Assembly (NCBI GenBank): GCA_049968235.1
Contig: JBMFRC010000018.1
Location: 1-61,107, forward strand
Direction of reading: 5' to 3'
DNA: 61,107 nt
From: Candidatus Hydrogenedens sp.
GTDB taxonomy: Bacteria; Hydrogenedentota; Hydrogenedentia; Hydrogenedentales; Hydrogenedentaceae
In this document: positions 1 through 9,037 of the stretch, piece after piece
How the letters are laid out: each line of letters begins with the position of its first letter
Position numbering within the stretch: position 1 is the stretch's first letter
Position numbers and translations under genes: made by a program
The notes under the pieces: generated by a model
The model's database searches: none
What the model was told of the DNA's origin: nothing
Seen by the model: the letters and a program-made list of their open reading frames with translations, nothing else

Positions 1-332
1 ACAAGCATCTCGCTTGTGATTGTAAAATACAGACAGAATACCTGTACTACATTCAGAAAGTTAGATATTTTACCCACAAGAATATAGACTTTTTGGGACT
101 GATGAGGGTAAATTTGTATCCTGGAGGACAGGTAAATGAATTGCAATCTCCACAGTGTATTTTTTTGTCAAAAAGTATTTTTTAGGGGATAGAGATGCTA
201 TGACTTTTCGTGACGAATAGAAAAAAAGATAAAAGTGTTTTCCTAAATTCTATTGAATTTATCGCAATGGGAATGCTTGCATTTTTCTTTGTATTCGCGT
301 GCTGACCCATGATTCGGATGATAATTAGTTCT

Positions 333-552
333 GTGTATATATTTCTGCTTCTTGAAAAATTTTCAAAATATAAACCATATTTATTTAACAGTTGATGATA
401 CTTAATTGTGTATATATTTCCTCTTCTCACTTTATTATAGATATTAAATATAATTTTGTTTTATCGGGTTGTTTTTTGAGGTATAATAGAGTGTAGAAAG
501 GAAAGCAAGGTGCTTTATAATAGAGATAATCTATATTTGTGTATAAAATTTG
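333..552. promoter_or_regulatory. Repeated 14-nt motif TGTGTATATATTTC (333-346 and 408-421) plus variant TGTGTATAAAATTT (539-552) upstream of the two-component operon; candidate operator or promoter elements
   Basis: Exact 14-mer seen twice, 75 bp apart, in a 585-bp AT-rich non-coding leader, with a third near-copy 34 bp upstream of the response-regulator ATG. Confidence 0.3.
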
Positions 553-585
553 AGTAATGGCAAACATTAAAAATGGAGATTAATT

Positions 586-1203
586 ATGAGAGGGCGAGTA
601 TTTACGACGGGCGAAGTGGCTACTATTTGTGGTGTATCTTCTGATACTGTTTCACGTTGGTTTGATATGGGACAAATAGAAGGCTACCGGTTGGGACCGG
701 GTGGTGACCGTCGTATCCCGTATGAAAGTTTACGTAAATTTATGCTGGCACATGGTATTCCTCTGGAGCGATTGGAAACAAATGAAACAAAGATATTGAT
801 AGTAGATGATGACCCCTTCTATCTGGATATTATACCGGATGCAATTGCTCGTAAAACAGACAAGAATAAAGAAATGATTGTTCTTACTGCATCTACAGGT
901 TTTGATGCAGGAGCCCTTATTGTGGAACATAATCCCAATCTTGTAATTATGGATATTCATCTATCTGATATTGATGGGCGGAAGGTATGCGAACGGTTAA
1001 AAAGCCGTCATGAAACAAAGTATGCCCGTGTTTTAGGGATTTCAGGATTATTGCAAGAGGATGAAATTGGAAAACTTAAAGAGTATGGTTTTGATGATTT
1101 CTTAAAGAAACCTTTTTCTCTGGATGTTTTAGTGGAAAAGGTTTTTCGTTTACTTGCTTTACCTTCGGGAAGTGTAAGTCGACCTAAAAATACGGGATTT
1201 TAA
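586..1203 (+). CDS. Response regulator: N-terminal excisionase/MerR-type helix-turn-helix DNA-binding domain plus C-terminal receiver domain
   Basis: N-terminus TGEVATICGVSSDTVSRWFDMGQIEGYRLG resembles the excisionase-family HTH. Receiver-domain motifs KILIVDDDPFY and phospho-acceptor context LVIMDIHLSDIDG are present. GGAG Shine-Dalgarno 8 nt upstream. Confidence 0.8.
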   Translation: MRGRVFTTGEVATICGVSSDTVSRWFDMGQIEGYRLGPGGDRRIPYESLRKFMLAHGIPLERLETNETKILIVDDDPFYLDIIPDAIARKTDKNKEMIVLTASTGFDAGALIVEHNPNLVIMDIHLSDIDGRKVCERLKSRHETKYARVLGISGLLQEDEIGKLKEYGFDDFLKKPFSLDVLVEKVFRLLALPSGSVSRPKNTGF

Positions 1204-1266
1204 TATAACTATTTTTTAAACAATTATTTAAGGGGTTTTTATTGTATGTTGTCAGGGTGATTTGAA

Positions 1267-3387
1267 ATGAAATTATCAACATACAAAATAGTTCTTATTT
1301 ATCTTATCTTTGCAGGGTTGTGGATTGCGTTATCGGATGAAATTCTCCATTGGTTTGTTACAGACAGTGATTTGTTAACAAAGGCACAATCTATAAAAGG
1401 ATTTGCTTTTGTCTTTGTTACAGGGTTATTACTCTATTTTCTTGTATTCAGTTATGTTTATGCTTTAAAAAATTCCTACCAGCAAGAGCAAAAAGAACGG
1501 GAAGAACGGGAATCGGTCTGGCGTTGTTCTTCAGATGGAATTCTTGGTTTATTTACAGATGGAACAATATTTTCTGCAAATGAGCAAGCCATACACTGGT
1601 TGGATGTCGTGCTTCCTACGGAGAAAAAGTTCTGGGATATTTTTGAATACCCTTATTGTGAACAAATAAAAAATGGAATTAAAGAACTTATAGATATAGA
1701 CAAATCGGATTTTGTCTTTTCTGTTTATGGAAGACTACAGAAAAAAGAATCGGATTATTGGTTTGAAATAAGGATGAATAAAGCAAGTTATGATACATAT
1801 GATTTTATAGTGGCAACTTTACATAACATTACTGAGAAAATACAGCATGAAAAAGAAGTGGAGTTGTTTAAGGTAAGTTTTGAACAAATGGATGTTGGTA
1901 TTGCCTTAGCAAGAAGGAGTGGTAAACTTATTTTTGTAAATGAGAAATTACCAAAGTTACTAAGTAAGAAGAAAGAAAGACTGGAGACATACAAAGATTG
2001 TTTATGTACTCCTTGTGAAAAATCAGATTCTTGTTTCCAGAGTCTTGAAGAAACTTTAGATAAAGGTAAGGTCTGGCATAAAATATGTGAATTAAAAGAT
2101 GAAGACTACAATTTTATTTATCGCTCTATGGATGTTTGTCCCGTATCCTATAAAGATGAGCATTTTGTTGTTACGATAATGAAAGATATAACACAGCAGG
2201 TATTGGCTGAAAAACGATTATCTCAGCAATACCGTATGGAGGCGTTGGGTTATTTAGCCAGTGGTATAGCACATGATTTTAATAATATATTAGGTGCTAT
2301 TTTAGGGCATGTAGACCTGATTCTGGGTGAGTATCATGACCACAGAAATCTGATAGAAGAAATAGAAATAATCCGTCGTGCTGTTTTAAGAGGCAGAGAT
2401 ATGACCAGTCAGGTCGTATCTATTTCGCGTGAAAATGGAGGAGACCAAGTACCTATTGATATTAATATTGTTATTAATGAAGTATTAACCCTTATAAAAC
2501 CGAAAATAAGTACCCGTATAAAAATAGATTTGGATGTTGATAAAGAACTACCCAAAGTTCTTGCATCTCCCGGGAAAATAAATCAAATTCTTTTAAACTT
2601 ATGCCTGAATGCGTGTCAGGCTATGATTCAGGGGGGCACGTTAGTAATCAAAGTAGAAGTTATTAATGCAGATGAGACATTATTAGCAAGGCATCCGGAA
2701 TTAGTGCCAGGAAAATACATACGTATTGTCTTAAGCGATTCAGGTCAGGGAATTGACCCGGAAGTAATGGAACATATTTTTGAACCATTTTTTACTACAC
2801 GAAGAGGAAAAGGAGGTTCCGGAATCGGTTTATATGTAGTTCGGAGTCTGGTAACCAGTTTGGGTGGAGGTATCTCAGTATATAGCGATCCGGGGAAAGG
2901 TACGCGGTTTTGTGTGTATCTACCTGTTTATTCAGGAGATAGTGAGTCAAAGCCTTTATCTATTCCCCATGAAGAAGAGATTCCCAGGGGAAAAGAAAAA
3001 ATACTCATTGTAGATGATGAACCTATGTTAGCAGGAATTATTGGTCGATTACTGATAAAATTAGGCTATCAGGTTCGTATTGTAAATAATCCCAAAGTGG
3101 CAAAAGAATTGATAGAGCAGGGTCTTATTTCAGGTTATGATTTAGCTATTATTGATAATATTATGCCTGAAATTACAGGGGAAGATATTATACTCTGTTT
3201 GCAAGAAAAGGGCTTTAAAATACCTGTTGTTCTTACCAGTGGAATGGTGAATGAAGAAATTATTGAGAAAGGAAACAGATTAAATGTGTCTGCAATTCTT
3301 GAAAAGCCCTGTACATTTGCTTCTTTAGGAAAACTGGTGCGAAAAGTCCTTGATGAAAACTTTGCAAAAGAGGATATGAAAAAGTGA
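1267..3387 (+). CDS. Hybrid sensor histidine kinase (2 TM, PAS-like region, HisKA, HATPase_c, C-terminal receiver)
   Basis: H-box GIAHDFNNILGAILGHVDLI. ATPase N/G boxes (LLNLCLNACQAM, GSGIGLYVVRSLV). C-terminal receiver KILIVDDEPML...LAIIDNIMPEITG. Confidence 0.85.
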   Translation: MKLSTYKIVLIYLIFAGLWIALSDEILHWFVTDSDLLTKAQSIKGFAFVFVTGLLLYFLVFSYVYALKNSYQQEQKEREERESVWRCSSDGILGLFTDGTIFSANEQAIHWLDVVLPTEKKFWDIFEYPYCEQIKNGIKELIDIDKSDFVFSVYGRLQKKESDYWFEIRMNKASYDTYDFIVATLHNITEKIQHEKEVELFKVSFEQMDVGIALARRSGKLIFVNEKLPKLLSKKKERLETYKDCLCTPCEKSDSCFQSLEETLDKGKVWHKICELKDEDYNFIYRSMDVCPVSYKDEHFVVTIMKDITQQVLAEKRLSQQYRMEALGYLASGIAHDFNNILGAILGHVDLILGEYHDHRNLIEEIEIIRRAVLRGRDMTSQVVSISRENGGDQVPIDINIVINEVLTLIKPKISTRIKIDLDVDKELPKVLASPGKINQILLNLCLNACQAMIQGGTLVIKVEVINADETLLARHPELVPGKYIRIVLSDSGQGIDPEVMEHIFEPFFTTRRGKGGSGIGLYVVRSLVTSLGGGISVYSDPGKGTRFCVYLPVYSGDSESKPLSIPHEEEIPRGKEKILIVDDEPMLAGIIGRLLIKLGYQVRIVNNPKVAKELIEQGLISGYDLAIIDNIMPEITGEDIILCLQEKGFKIPVVLTSGMVNEEIIEKGNRLNVSAILEKPCTFASLGKLVRKVLDENFAKEDMKK

Positions 3388-3863
3388 AAGAAAAAGTCAT
3401 TTTTCTAGTACAACATGGAGAAGCGGTAGATAAAAAAGTTAATGTTGAAAGACCTCTTACAGATTTAGGGCGAAAAACGATTTTTCAAATGGGTAGTTTT
3501 TTGGTTTCACGAAATATTAAGATAGATGCGATATGGCATAGCCCTAAACTACGAGCCCGTGAAACTGCAGAAATTCTGGCTTCCTGCTTGAAGTTAGAAA
3601 AATTACTCTATTCATACAAAGAGTTGGAACCGGAAGAACCTGTAAAAAAAACAGTGAGATTAATACAACAAGTAGAAGAGCAAAGCATCATGTTGGTAGG
3701 ACATTTACCACATTTATCACAATTGGCAGGACTTTTATTAACGGGTGATGAGAAGAATGAAGTAATAGCCTTTGAAAAAGGGAGTGTGGTTTGTTTGAAC
3801 TATCAAGATATTGGTTTAAGTGTGATTCGCTGGTTTTTAGTTCCATCATTATTTCTACATTGA
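3384..3863 (+). CDS. SixA-like phosphohistidine phosphatase (histidine phosphatase superfamily), GTG start overlapping the kinase stop (GTGA)
   Basis: VIFLVQHGEAV...RPLTDLGR...VGHLPHLSQL matches the SixA branch-1 histidine phosphatase pattern, but with QHG in place of the canonical RHG. Confidence 0.65.
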   Translation: MKEKVIFLVQHGEAVDKKVNVERPLTDLGRKTIFQMGSFLVSRNIKIDAIWHSPKLRARETAEILASCLKLEKLLYSYKELEPEEPVKKTVRLIQQVEEQSIMLVGHLPHLSQLAGLLLTGDEKNEVIAFEKGSVVCLNYQDIGLSVIRWFLVPSLFLH

Positions 3864-4065
3864 CTTTATAGTCTCTGGTTCAAATATTTGTTAATGGTAA
3901 TTGTCATATTTTCTATTTTAATAGTATTTTAAATTTGATTTGATATATAAAAATCCTTTTGCTACACTTATTAATCTTTATTTCAAAGTAAAAAAATAAT
4001 AAGAAAGGGTACAGCAATGAAAAAAAGAGAAGTTTTTTTTCAGTATTTTAATTGGTTTATCTGTA

Positions 4066-5553
4066 GTGATGTTATCAACCGGATTGATGGCAGAATTACA
4101 GAATGTAGAGGTTGGTGGTTCTATTCGTATCCGTGGAAATTATATCAGTAATCTTTTCAACGATTTTGCGGGACCTATGCCTTCGGTTCAATCGCGATGG
4201 TCTCCTGTATCTGTAATAAGGCGTCCTATCGGTAATCTTTTAGGACCCGGTGTAAATAGTATTTTTTCATGGGATAACGACCAGAGTGATTTATCTTTTG
4301 TAGAGCAGAGGACACGGTTGCATGTAAAAGCGGATTTTACAGAAGAGGTAAGTACCTTTATTGAATTAGATTCTTATGATGTCTGGGGAGAAGACTTCTG
4401 TTCTCAGAACTACATTACGGGAGTAGATGCTCGTCAAAATTCGATTGATGATGTAGAAATTTTCCAGGCATATATTGAAGTAGATAAGATGTGGGGAACC
4501 CCATTACAACTTCGTGTAGGACGCCAGGAATTATCTTTTGGCAGTCAGTTTTTAGTAGGTCCTCGCGACTTTGCATTCTTCTGGACGGGGATTTCATTTG
4601 ATGCCATACGATTGACCTATAAAGCAGATGTATTTACGATTGATGCATGGGCTTCCAAATTATTTGAGGCAATGTCTGACTTTGCCGAAAATGATATTAA
4701 CTTTTATGGAATATACGCATCATGCACAGCAGTAGAAAATGTTACTTTTGATGTTTACTGGATGTTGTTAGAAGATGACCGACCTATTCCTAATGATTTT
4801 CCGAGTATCTGGGGTAGAGGAGATTATGATAATACAATGCTTCATACCGTAGGTATTCGTTCTGCTGGCAAATATGAATCGTTTGATTTTGATGCGGAAG
4901 TTGCCTATCAATTTGGTGAAGCGGATGCTATTGGGAAATTGTTCCGCGTAGGTCCCTGGGGCGATAATGATGCGGAATTTGATAATTGGGCTTTGAAATT
5001 AGATTTGGGCTATACATTTGATTTCTGGCGTCAACCGCGTGTATTCGCCGGATTCCGTTACTTTAGTGGTGAAGATAACCGCGATATTTCGTTCTGGGAC
5101 TTCATTAATCCGTTTTATGAACCGACCGCGAGTGTAAGTTTCAATCGTTTATTTTCCAATGAAATTGCCGGTGGTTTTACAGATTTGAATAATGATTTAT
5201 CCAATGCGTGGTGGGTGCGTGTTGGAACAAATACCAGTATAACCGATAAACTTAGAGGGATTTTCTGTGTAGTTTATTATGAAACAGCCGATGAATTTGA
5301 AAGACCTGTTTTATCACCATTATTCCCATGGTGGACAAAGAAGAACGATTCATACTTAGGAACAGAGGCTTTAATGTTCCTTGAATACCAATACTCGGAA
5401 GATTTAGTACTTGAAGCCGGCTGGTCTCATATTTTTGTGGGCGAAGGTTTAACTGACGGACAATTTATTCGATGGAATGGTTTGTTGTATAGTGGCGGTT
5501 CTGATGATAATGATGCAGATTATGTATATGCTGGCTGTAAGATTTATTTCTGA
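4066..5553 (+). CDS. Outer-membrane beta-barrel protein (porin/alginate-export-like); the annotated GTG start lacks a signal peptide, and the likely true start is the ATG at 4017 in the -1 frame across an A7 tract
   Basis: C-terminal aromatic residue (…GCKIYF) typical of outer-membrane barrels, with alternating amphipathic beta-strand pattern. Upstream in-frame peptide KKEKFFFSILIGLSVVMLSTGLMA is signal-peptide-like but has no start codon. Confidence 0.6.
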   Translation: MMLSTGLMAELQNVEVGGSIRIRGNYISNLFNDFAGPMPSVQSRWSPVSVIRRPIGNLLGPGVNSIFSWDNDQSDLSFVEQRTRLHVKADFTEEVSTFIELDSYDVWGEDFCSQNYITGVDARQNSIDDVEIFQAYIEVDKMWGTPLQLRVGRQELSFGSQFLVGPRDFAFFWTGISFDAIRLTYKADVFTIDAWASKLFEAMSDFAENDINFYGIYASCTAVENVTFDVYWMLLEDDRPIPNDFPSIWGRGDYDNTMLHTVGIRSAGKYESFDFDAEVAYQFGEADAIGKLFRVGPWGDNDAEFDNWALKLDLGYTFDFWRQPRVFAGFRYFSGEDNRDISFWDFINPFYEPTASVSFNRLFSNEIAGGFTDLNNDLSNAWWVRVGTNTSITDKLRGIFCVVYYETADEFERPVLSPLFPWWTKKNDSYLGTEALMFLEYQYSEDLVLEAGWSHIFVGEGLTDGQFIRWNGLLYSGGSDDNDADYVYAGCKIYF

Positions 5554-5578
5554 TTACTATTTGATGTAATGGAAAACA

Positions 5579-5615
5579 GATAGGGAAGACATGTTTTGTC
5601 TTCCCTATCTTATTA
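5579..5615 (+). terminator. Rho-independent terminator after the outer-membrane protein gene
   Basis: Perfect 12-13 bp stem GATAGGGAAGAC(A)/(T)GTCTTCCCTATC with a 5-7 nt loop, followed by a T-rich tract (CTTATTATGG). The exact stem length was counted by eye. Confidence 0.6.
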
Positions 5616-5703
5616 TGGTAAGGGTGTAAATTGTTTTTGGTATAATAGTCCCGTCCATTTGAAAAATAATAGCGAATCGCATTTGTGAAGTGTCGTATAA
5701 GTT

Positions 5704-6255
5704 ATGAAAAAGATAGGTATTTTTGCAGGTTCCAGTGATTTATCCATACCTTTTTTTAAAGAAGAAGTGGAACGGTTAGCAGATCTACTGGCTGAAAAAG
5801 GCTATCAAATTGTATATGGTGCCGGGAAAGTGGGTCTAATGGGGGTGTTATCACAGAGATATTATGCACATAAAGGCATGTTAATTGGTGTAGTTCCACA
5901 TTACTTAAATCGTTCCGAACTTGTTTTTGAATATTGTAACGAGTTGATAGTTACGAAAGACCTTCATGATCGGAAAGAAACGATGGAAAATCTTTCCGAT
6001 GCTTTTATTGTTCTACCGGGGGGAATCGGGACAATGGATGAATTTTTGAATGTTCTTGCTTCCAAACAATTGAAATACCATAACAAACCTTTATTTCTGC
6101 TCAATATAGATAATTTTTTTGAATTTGTGCGTGATATGATAGAAACGATGTTTAACCATCGCTTCATTCATGATGGGCATAAACATCTTTATCAATGTAT
6201 GAATACACCGGAAGAACTGGTAGAAAAATTGGAGCAGAGTTTCTCATTGTTTTAA
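5704..6255 (+). CDS. LOG-family protein (cytokinin riboside 5'-monophosphate phosphoribohydrolase / TIGR00730 family)
   Basis: Signature PGGIGTMDEF and Rossmann-like N-terminus GIFAGSS. Confidence 0.8.
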   Translation: MKKIGIFAGSSDLSIPFFKEEVERLADLLAEKGYQIVYGAGKVGLMGVLSQRYYAHKGMLIGVVPHYLNRSELVFEYCNELIVTKDLHDRKETMENLSDAFIVLPGGIGTMDEFLNVLASKQLKYHNKPLFLLNIDNFFEFVRDMIETMFNHRFIHDGHKHLYQCMNTPEELVEKLEQSFSLF

Positions 6256-6264
6256 GGAAACAGG

Positions 6265-8937
6265 ATGAATAACAGTAAATATTCCAGTTATGCGTTTCGG
6301 CTGTTGCTCTATGTAAGTTTCTTTTTATCCGGTGGTAGTGCCTTAATGTATCAAATAATATGGACAAGGCAATGTATGCTTTTATTGGGTTCAACAGCCT
6401 ATGCGGTTAGCACGGTTTTAAGTATTTTCTTTTTAGGTTTAGGACTGGGAAGTTTCTGGGGAGGAAAAATAGCAGAACGGACATCAAATCCGATGCGGTT
6501 GTATGCGGTAATTGAGTTATTTATAGGCTTCTGGGCTTTGATAGTTATTGATTTTGTGAGTAATAAAGGAGGGATTGTCATCTTACTTATGCGGTTATTC
6601 CCGGAAAGTAGATGGTTTTTGTTTTTCGTAAGAATTCTTATATCTATTTTCTGGTTTACTCTTCCCTCGTTATGTATGGGGATGACTTTCCCTCTGCTAG
6701 TTCGATATGAACAAACTATGACAGGGAAAAATAATCGATATATCTCATTCCTATATTCAATAAACACATTAGGGGCTGTTTCATCTGCTTTTCTAACAGG
6801 TTTTTTATTTATCCCTAACATTGGATATACGATGACATTTTATATTGCAATTGGGATAAATGTATGTATAAGTGTAATTGCAGGGTTAATCTCACAACTT
6901 CGAGATGCGGTTGTAATGGTGGAGAAAAAGATGAAGCAGGAATTAATAGGAATAGAAAAAAAAGTAGAAAAGAATAAACTTCAGACAAGGGTTATTTTTT
7001 TAGGATTGTTCATATCCGGTTTTGTTTGTCTTGCTTTAGAGGTGCTGTGGACACGACTTTTGATTATGATTTTTTTAGGGACAAATTATGCATATTCTTC
7101 CGTATTGATTTCCGTGCTTGCAGGAATATGTTTCGGAGCCTTATGTATCTCAATAGTTATTAGTAAATTTCCATTACGGATGTGGATATTAGGGTGGGGC
7201 TATAGTTTTACGGGTTTTGGTGTGCTTCTAACTCTCATTTTTATTTCATACCTGCCGGAATGGATGAACTATTTTTATTTTGAGGGAACAGATAGGTTTT
7301 ATTATGGAGTTTTTGGGAAATTTACACTCACTTTTTTGACCCTGCTTATTCCTATGACTGGATTTGGTTTTACCTTCCCTTATGCATTGACATTTTTACG
7401 AAATATAAGAAGAAAAAATATTTTTTCATCCATAGGGACTGCTTATGGATTAAATACGATAGGCAGTATAACAGGTTCTCTGATAGGTGGATTTGTTTTG
7501 ATACCTGTATTCGGTTGTGAAAAAGGAATTATCATGATGGGGGGCTTATTGATTTTATCTGGCTTTATCTTTGTAATTGTAGATAAGACATCTCATTGGG
7601 CTAATGCAGGCTTGATTTTTGCTTTTTTACCGATATTTTTTGTGGATAATGTAATGGAAAAGATAAATCGTTATTATTTGCCGGATAAGCATCACCTTTT
7701 GTTCTTTGCCGAAGGGACCGAAGGAACGGTGGCTGTAAGTTCCCCGGAGAAAGTAAGTCCGGAAGATGAACGAGTTCTGTGGATTAATCGGGTGCAGGCA
7801 ACAACTGCAGTGGAACGCGGAGTTCGAATGAACCGTTTTCAGGGAGTTATCCCGCAAATGTTTAATCGCAATCCTCAGCAGGTTTTATTTATGTGTTTTG
7901 GTTCGGGTATTACCTGTGGGACATTGGGTATTGGTGGTTTTGAACGTATTGATGCGGTTGAAATATCTCCGGAAGTTTTGAAGGCAGGACATTACTTTAA
8001 AGATTTAAACTGCGATGTGCTGACAATGAGTAATGTAAAAATTTATGTTGATGATGCAAGAAACTTTTTAATTCGTTCTACGAAGAAATATGATTTTATT
8101 ACTACGGAGCCAATGCCTCTGGCAATGGCAGGAGTGTCCATGTTTTATACACAGGAATTCTATCAATTTTGTTTCCAGCGACTGAATGAAGGGGGAATGA
8201 TTTCACAATGGGTGCCGTTTCATAGTTCCAGTGAGGAAATTGTTCAATCTGCAGTTTATACATTCATAAAGGTTTTTCCGTATACAGTAGGTTTATTTGT
8301 AAATGCAGATTTGTTCCTGGTAGGTTCGAACAAACCTCTTTTACTTAATCCGGAAGGACTATTACAAAAATTAGAAAGAAATACTCTATTAAAGGAAGCC
8401 CTTATTCAGGCCGGTTTTACTGATGTGGAGGAGATAATTGCATGTTTTGTCATGGACCGGGAAGGGCTGGTAAAGTTTTCAGAACGAGGACAGGTAATTA
8501 CAGACGGTTTCCCCTGGGTAGAGTTTATATCTCCTCAGTATGTATATAACCGTAAAAGTGTTCCACAAAATCTCAAACGATTAAAAGAATGTGCTTCAAA
8601 TATAGAAAATACAATTTCAATTGCTAATGGAGGAGGAATTAAAGATACCATTGTAAAGAGATATAATTCGCGATTGAAAGATTTTGATGGATTAATGTTA
8701 TATTATGAGGGTTTGTTAATTGGAGATGATGTGCGAAAGAGTTTTATTGATTCGTTGAAAATAGATGGAGATAACAAACAGGCACAATATTACTTAAGGA
8801 CTATATCTGTAACTCAGATAGAACAATATATACGTTGGGATGAAAAGGATAAAGCAAAACAAATCTTACAGGAAGTTGCTCCTTACCTCGAAGATGACTC
8901 TCGATGGCAGGAATGGAAGAGCCAGATACAGCTCTAA
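6265..8937 (+). CDS. Fused multi-TM transporter domain plus spermidine-synthase-like (polyamine aminopropyltransferase-like) C-terminal domain
   Basis: About 12 predicted TM segments in the first ~470 aa, then a methyltransferase-like region (FMCFGSGITCGTLG…DAVEISPEV…DFITTEP) typical of the fused MFS/spermidine synthase family. Confidence 0.7.
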   Translation: MNNSKYSSYAFRLLLYVSFFLSGGSALMYQIIWTRQCMLLLGSTAYAVSTVLSIFFLGLGLGSFWGGKIAERTSNPMRLYAVIELFIGFWALIVIDFVSNKGGIVILLMRLFPESRWFLFFVRILISIFWFTLPSLCMGMTFPLLVRYEQTMTGKNNRYISFLYSINTLGAVSSAFLTGFLFIPNIGYTMTFYIAIGINVCISVIAGLISQLRDAVVMVEKKMKQELIGIEKKVEKNKLQTRVIFLGLFISGFVCLALEVLWTRLLIMIFLGTNYAYSSVLISVLAGICFGALCISIVISKFPLRMWILGWGYSFTGFGVLLTLIFISYLPEWMNYFYFEGTDRFYYGVFGKFTLTFLTLLIPMTGFGFTFPYALTFLRNIRRKNIFSSIGTAYGLNTIGSITGSLIGGFVLIPVFGCEKGIIMMGGLLILSGFIFVIVDKTSHWANAGLIFAFLPIFFVDNVMEKINRYYLPDKHHLLFFAEGTEGTVAVSSPEKVSPEDERVLWINRVQATTAVERGVRMNRFQGVIPQMFNRNPQQVLFMCFGSGITCGTLGIGGFERIDAVEISPEVLKAGHYFKDLNCDVLTMSNVKIYVDDARNFLIRSTKKYDFITTEPMPLAMAGVSMFYTQEFYQFCFQRLNEGGMISQWVPFHSSSEEIVQSAVYTFIKVFPYTVGLFVNADLFLVGSNKPLLLNPEGLLQKLERNTLLKEALIQAGFTDVEEIIACFVMDREGLVKFSERGQVITDGFPWVEFISPQYVYNRKSVPQNLKRLKECASNIENTISIANGGGIKDTIVKRYNSRLKDFDGLMLYYEGLLIGDDVRKSFIDSLKIDGDNKQAQYYLRTISVTQIEQYIRWDEKDKAKQILQEVAPYLEDDSRWQEWKSQIQL

Positions 8938-9037
8938 CATCAGAGAAGGGAGGACTATATAGACTGATAGTAAGTCTGATAGTAATAAAATAAAAACTAT
9001 TTTGCGAATGGGTATTTGTGTGTGTTTACTTTGATTT

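Noticed and set aside
182-430. 82-aa minus-strand ORF in the leader upstream of the response regulator
   Set aside because: It lies in an extremely AT-rich non-coding region, has no ribosome-binding site, and its composition is dominated by AT-codon amino acids. It overlaps the repeated motif that looks regulatory
6399-6821. Antisense and shadow ORFs inside long genes (e.g. 6399-6821 minus, 21292-21699 plus, 42687-43139 minus, 40314-40721 minus, 44712-45095 minus)
   Set aside because: They are fully embedded in well-supported genes on the opposite strand and have no motifs. They are typical frame shadows
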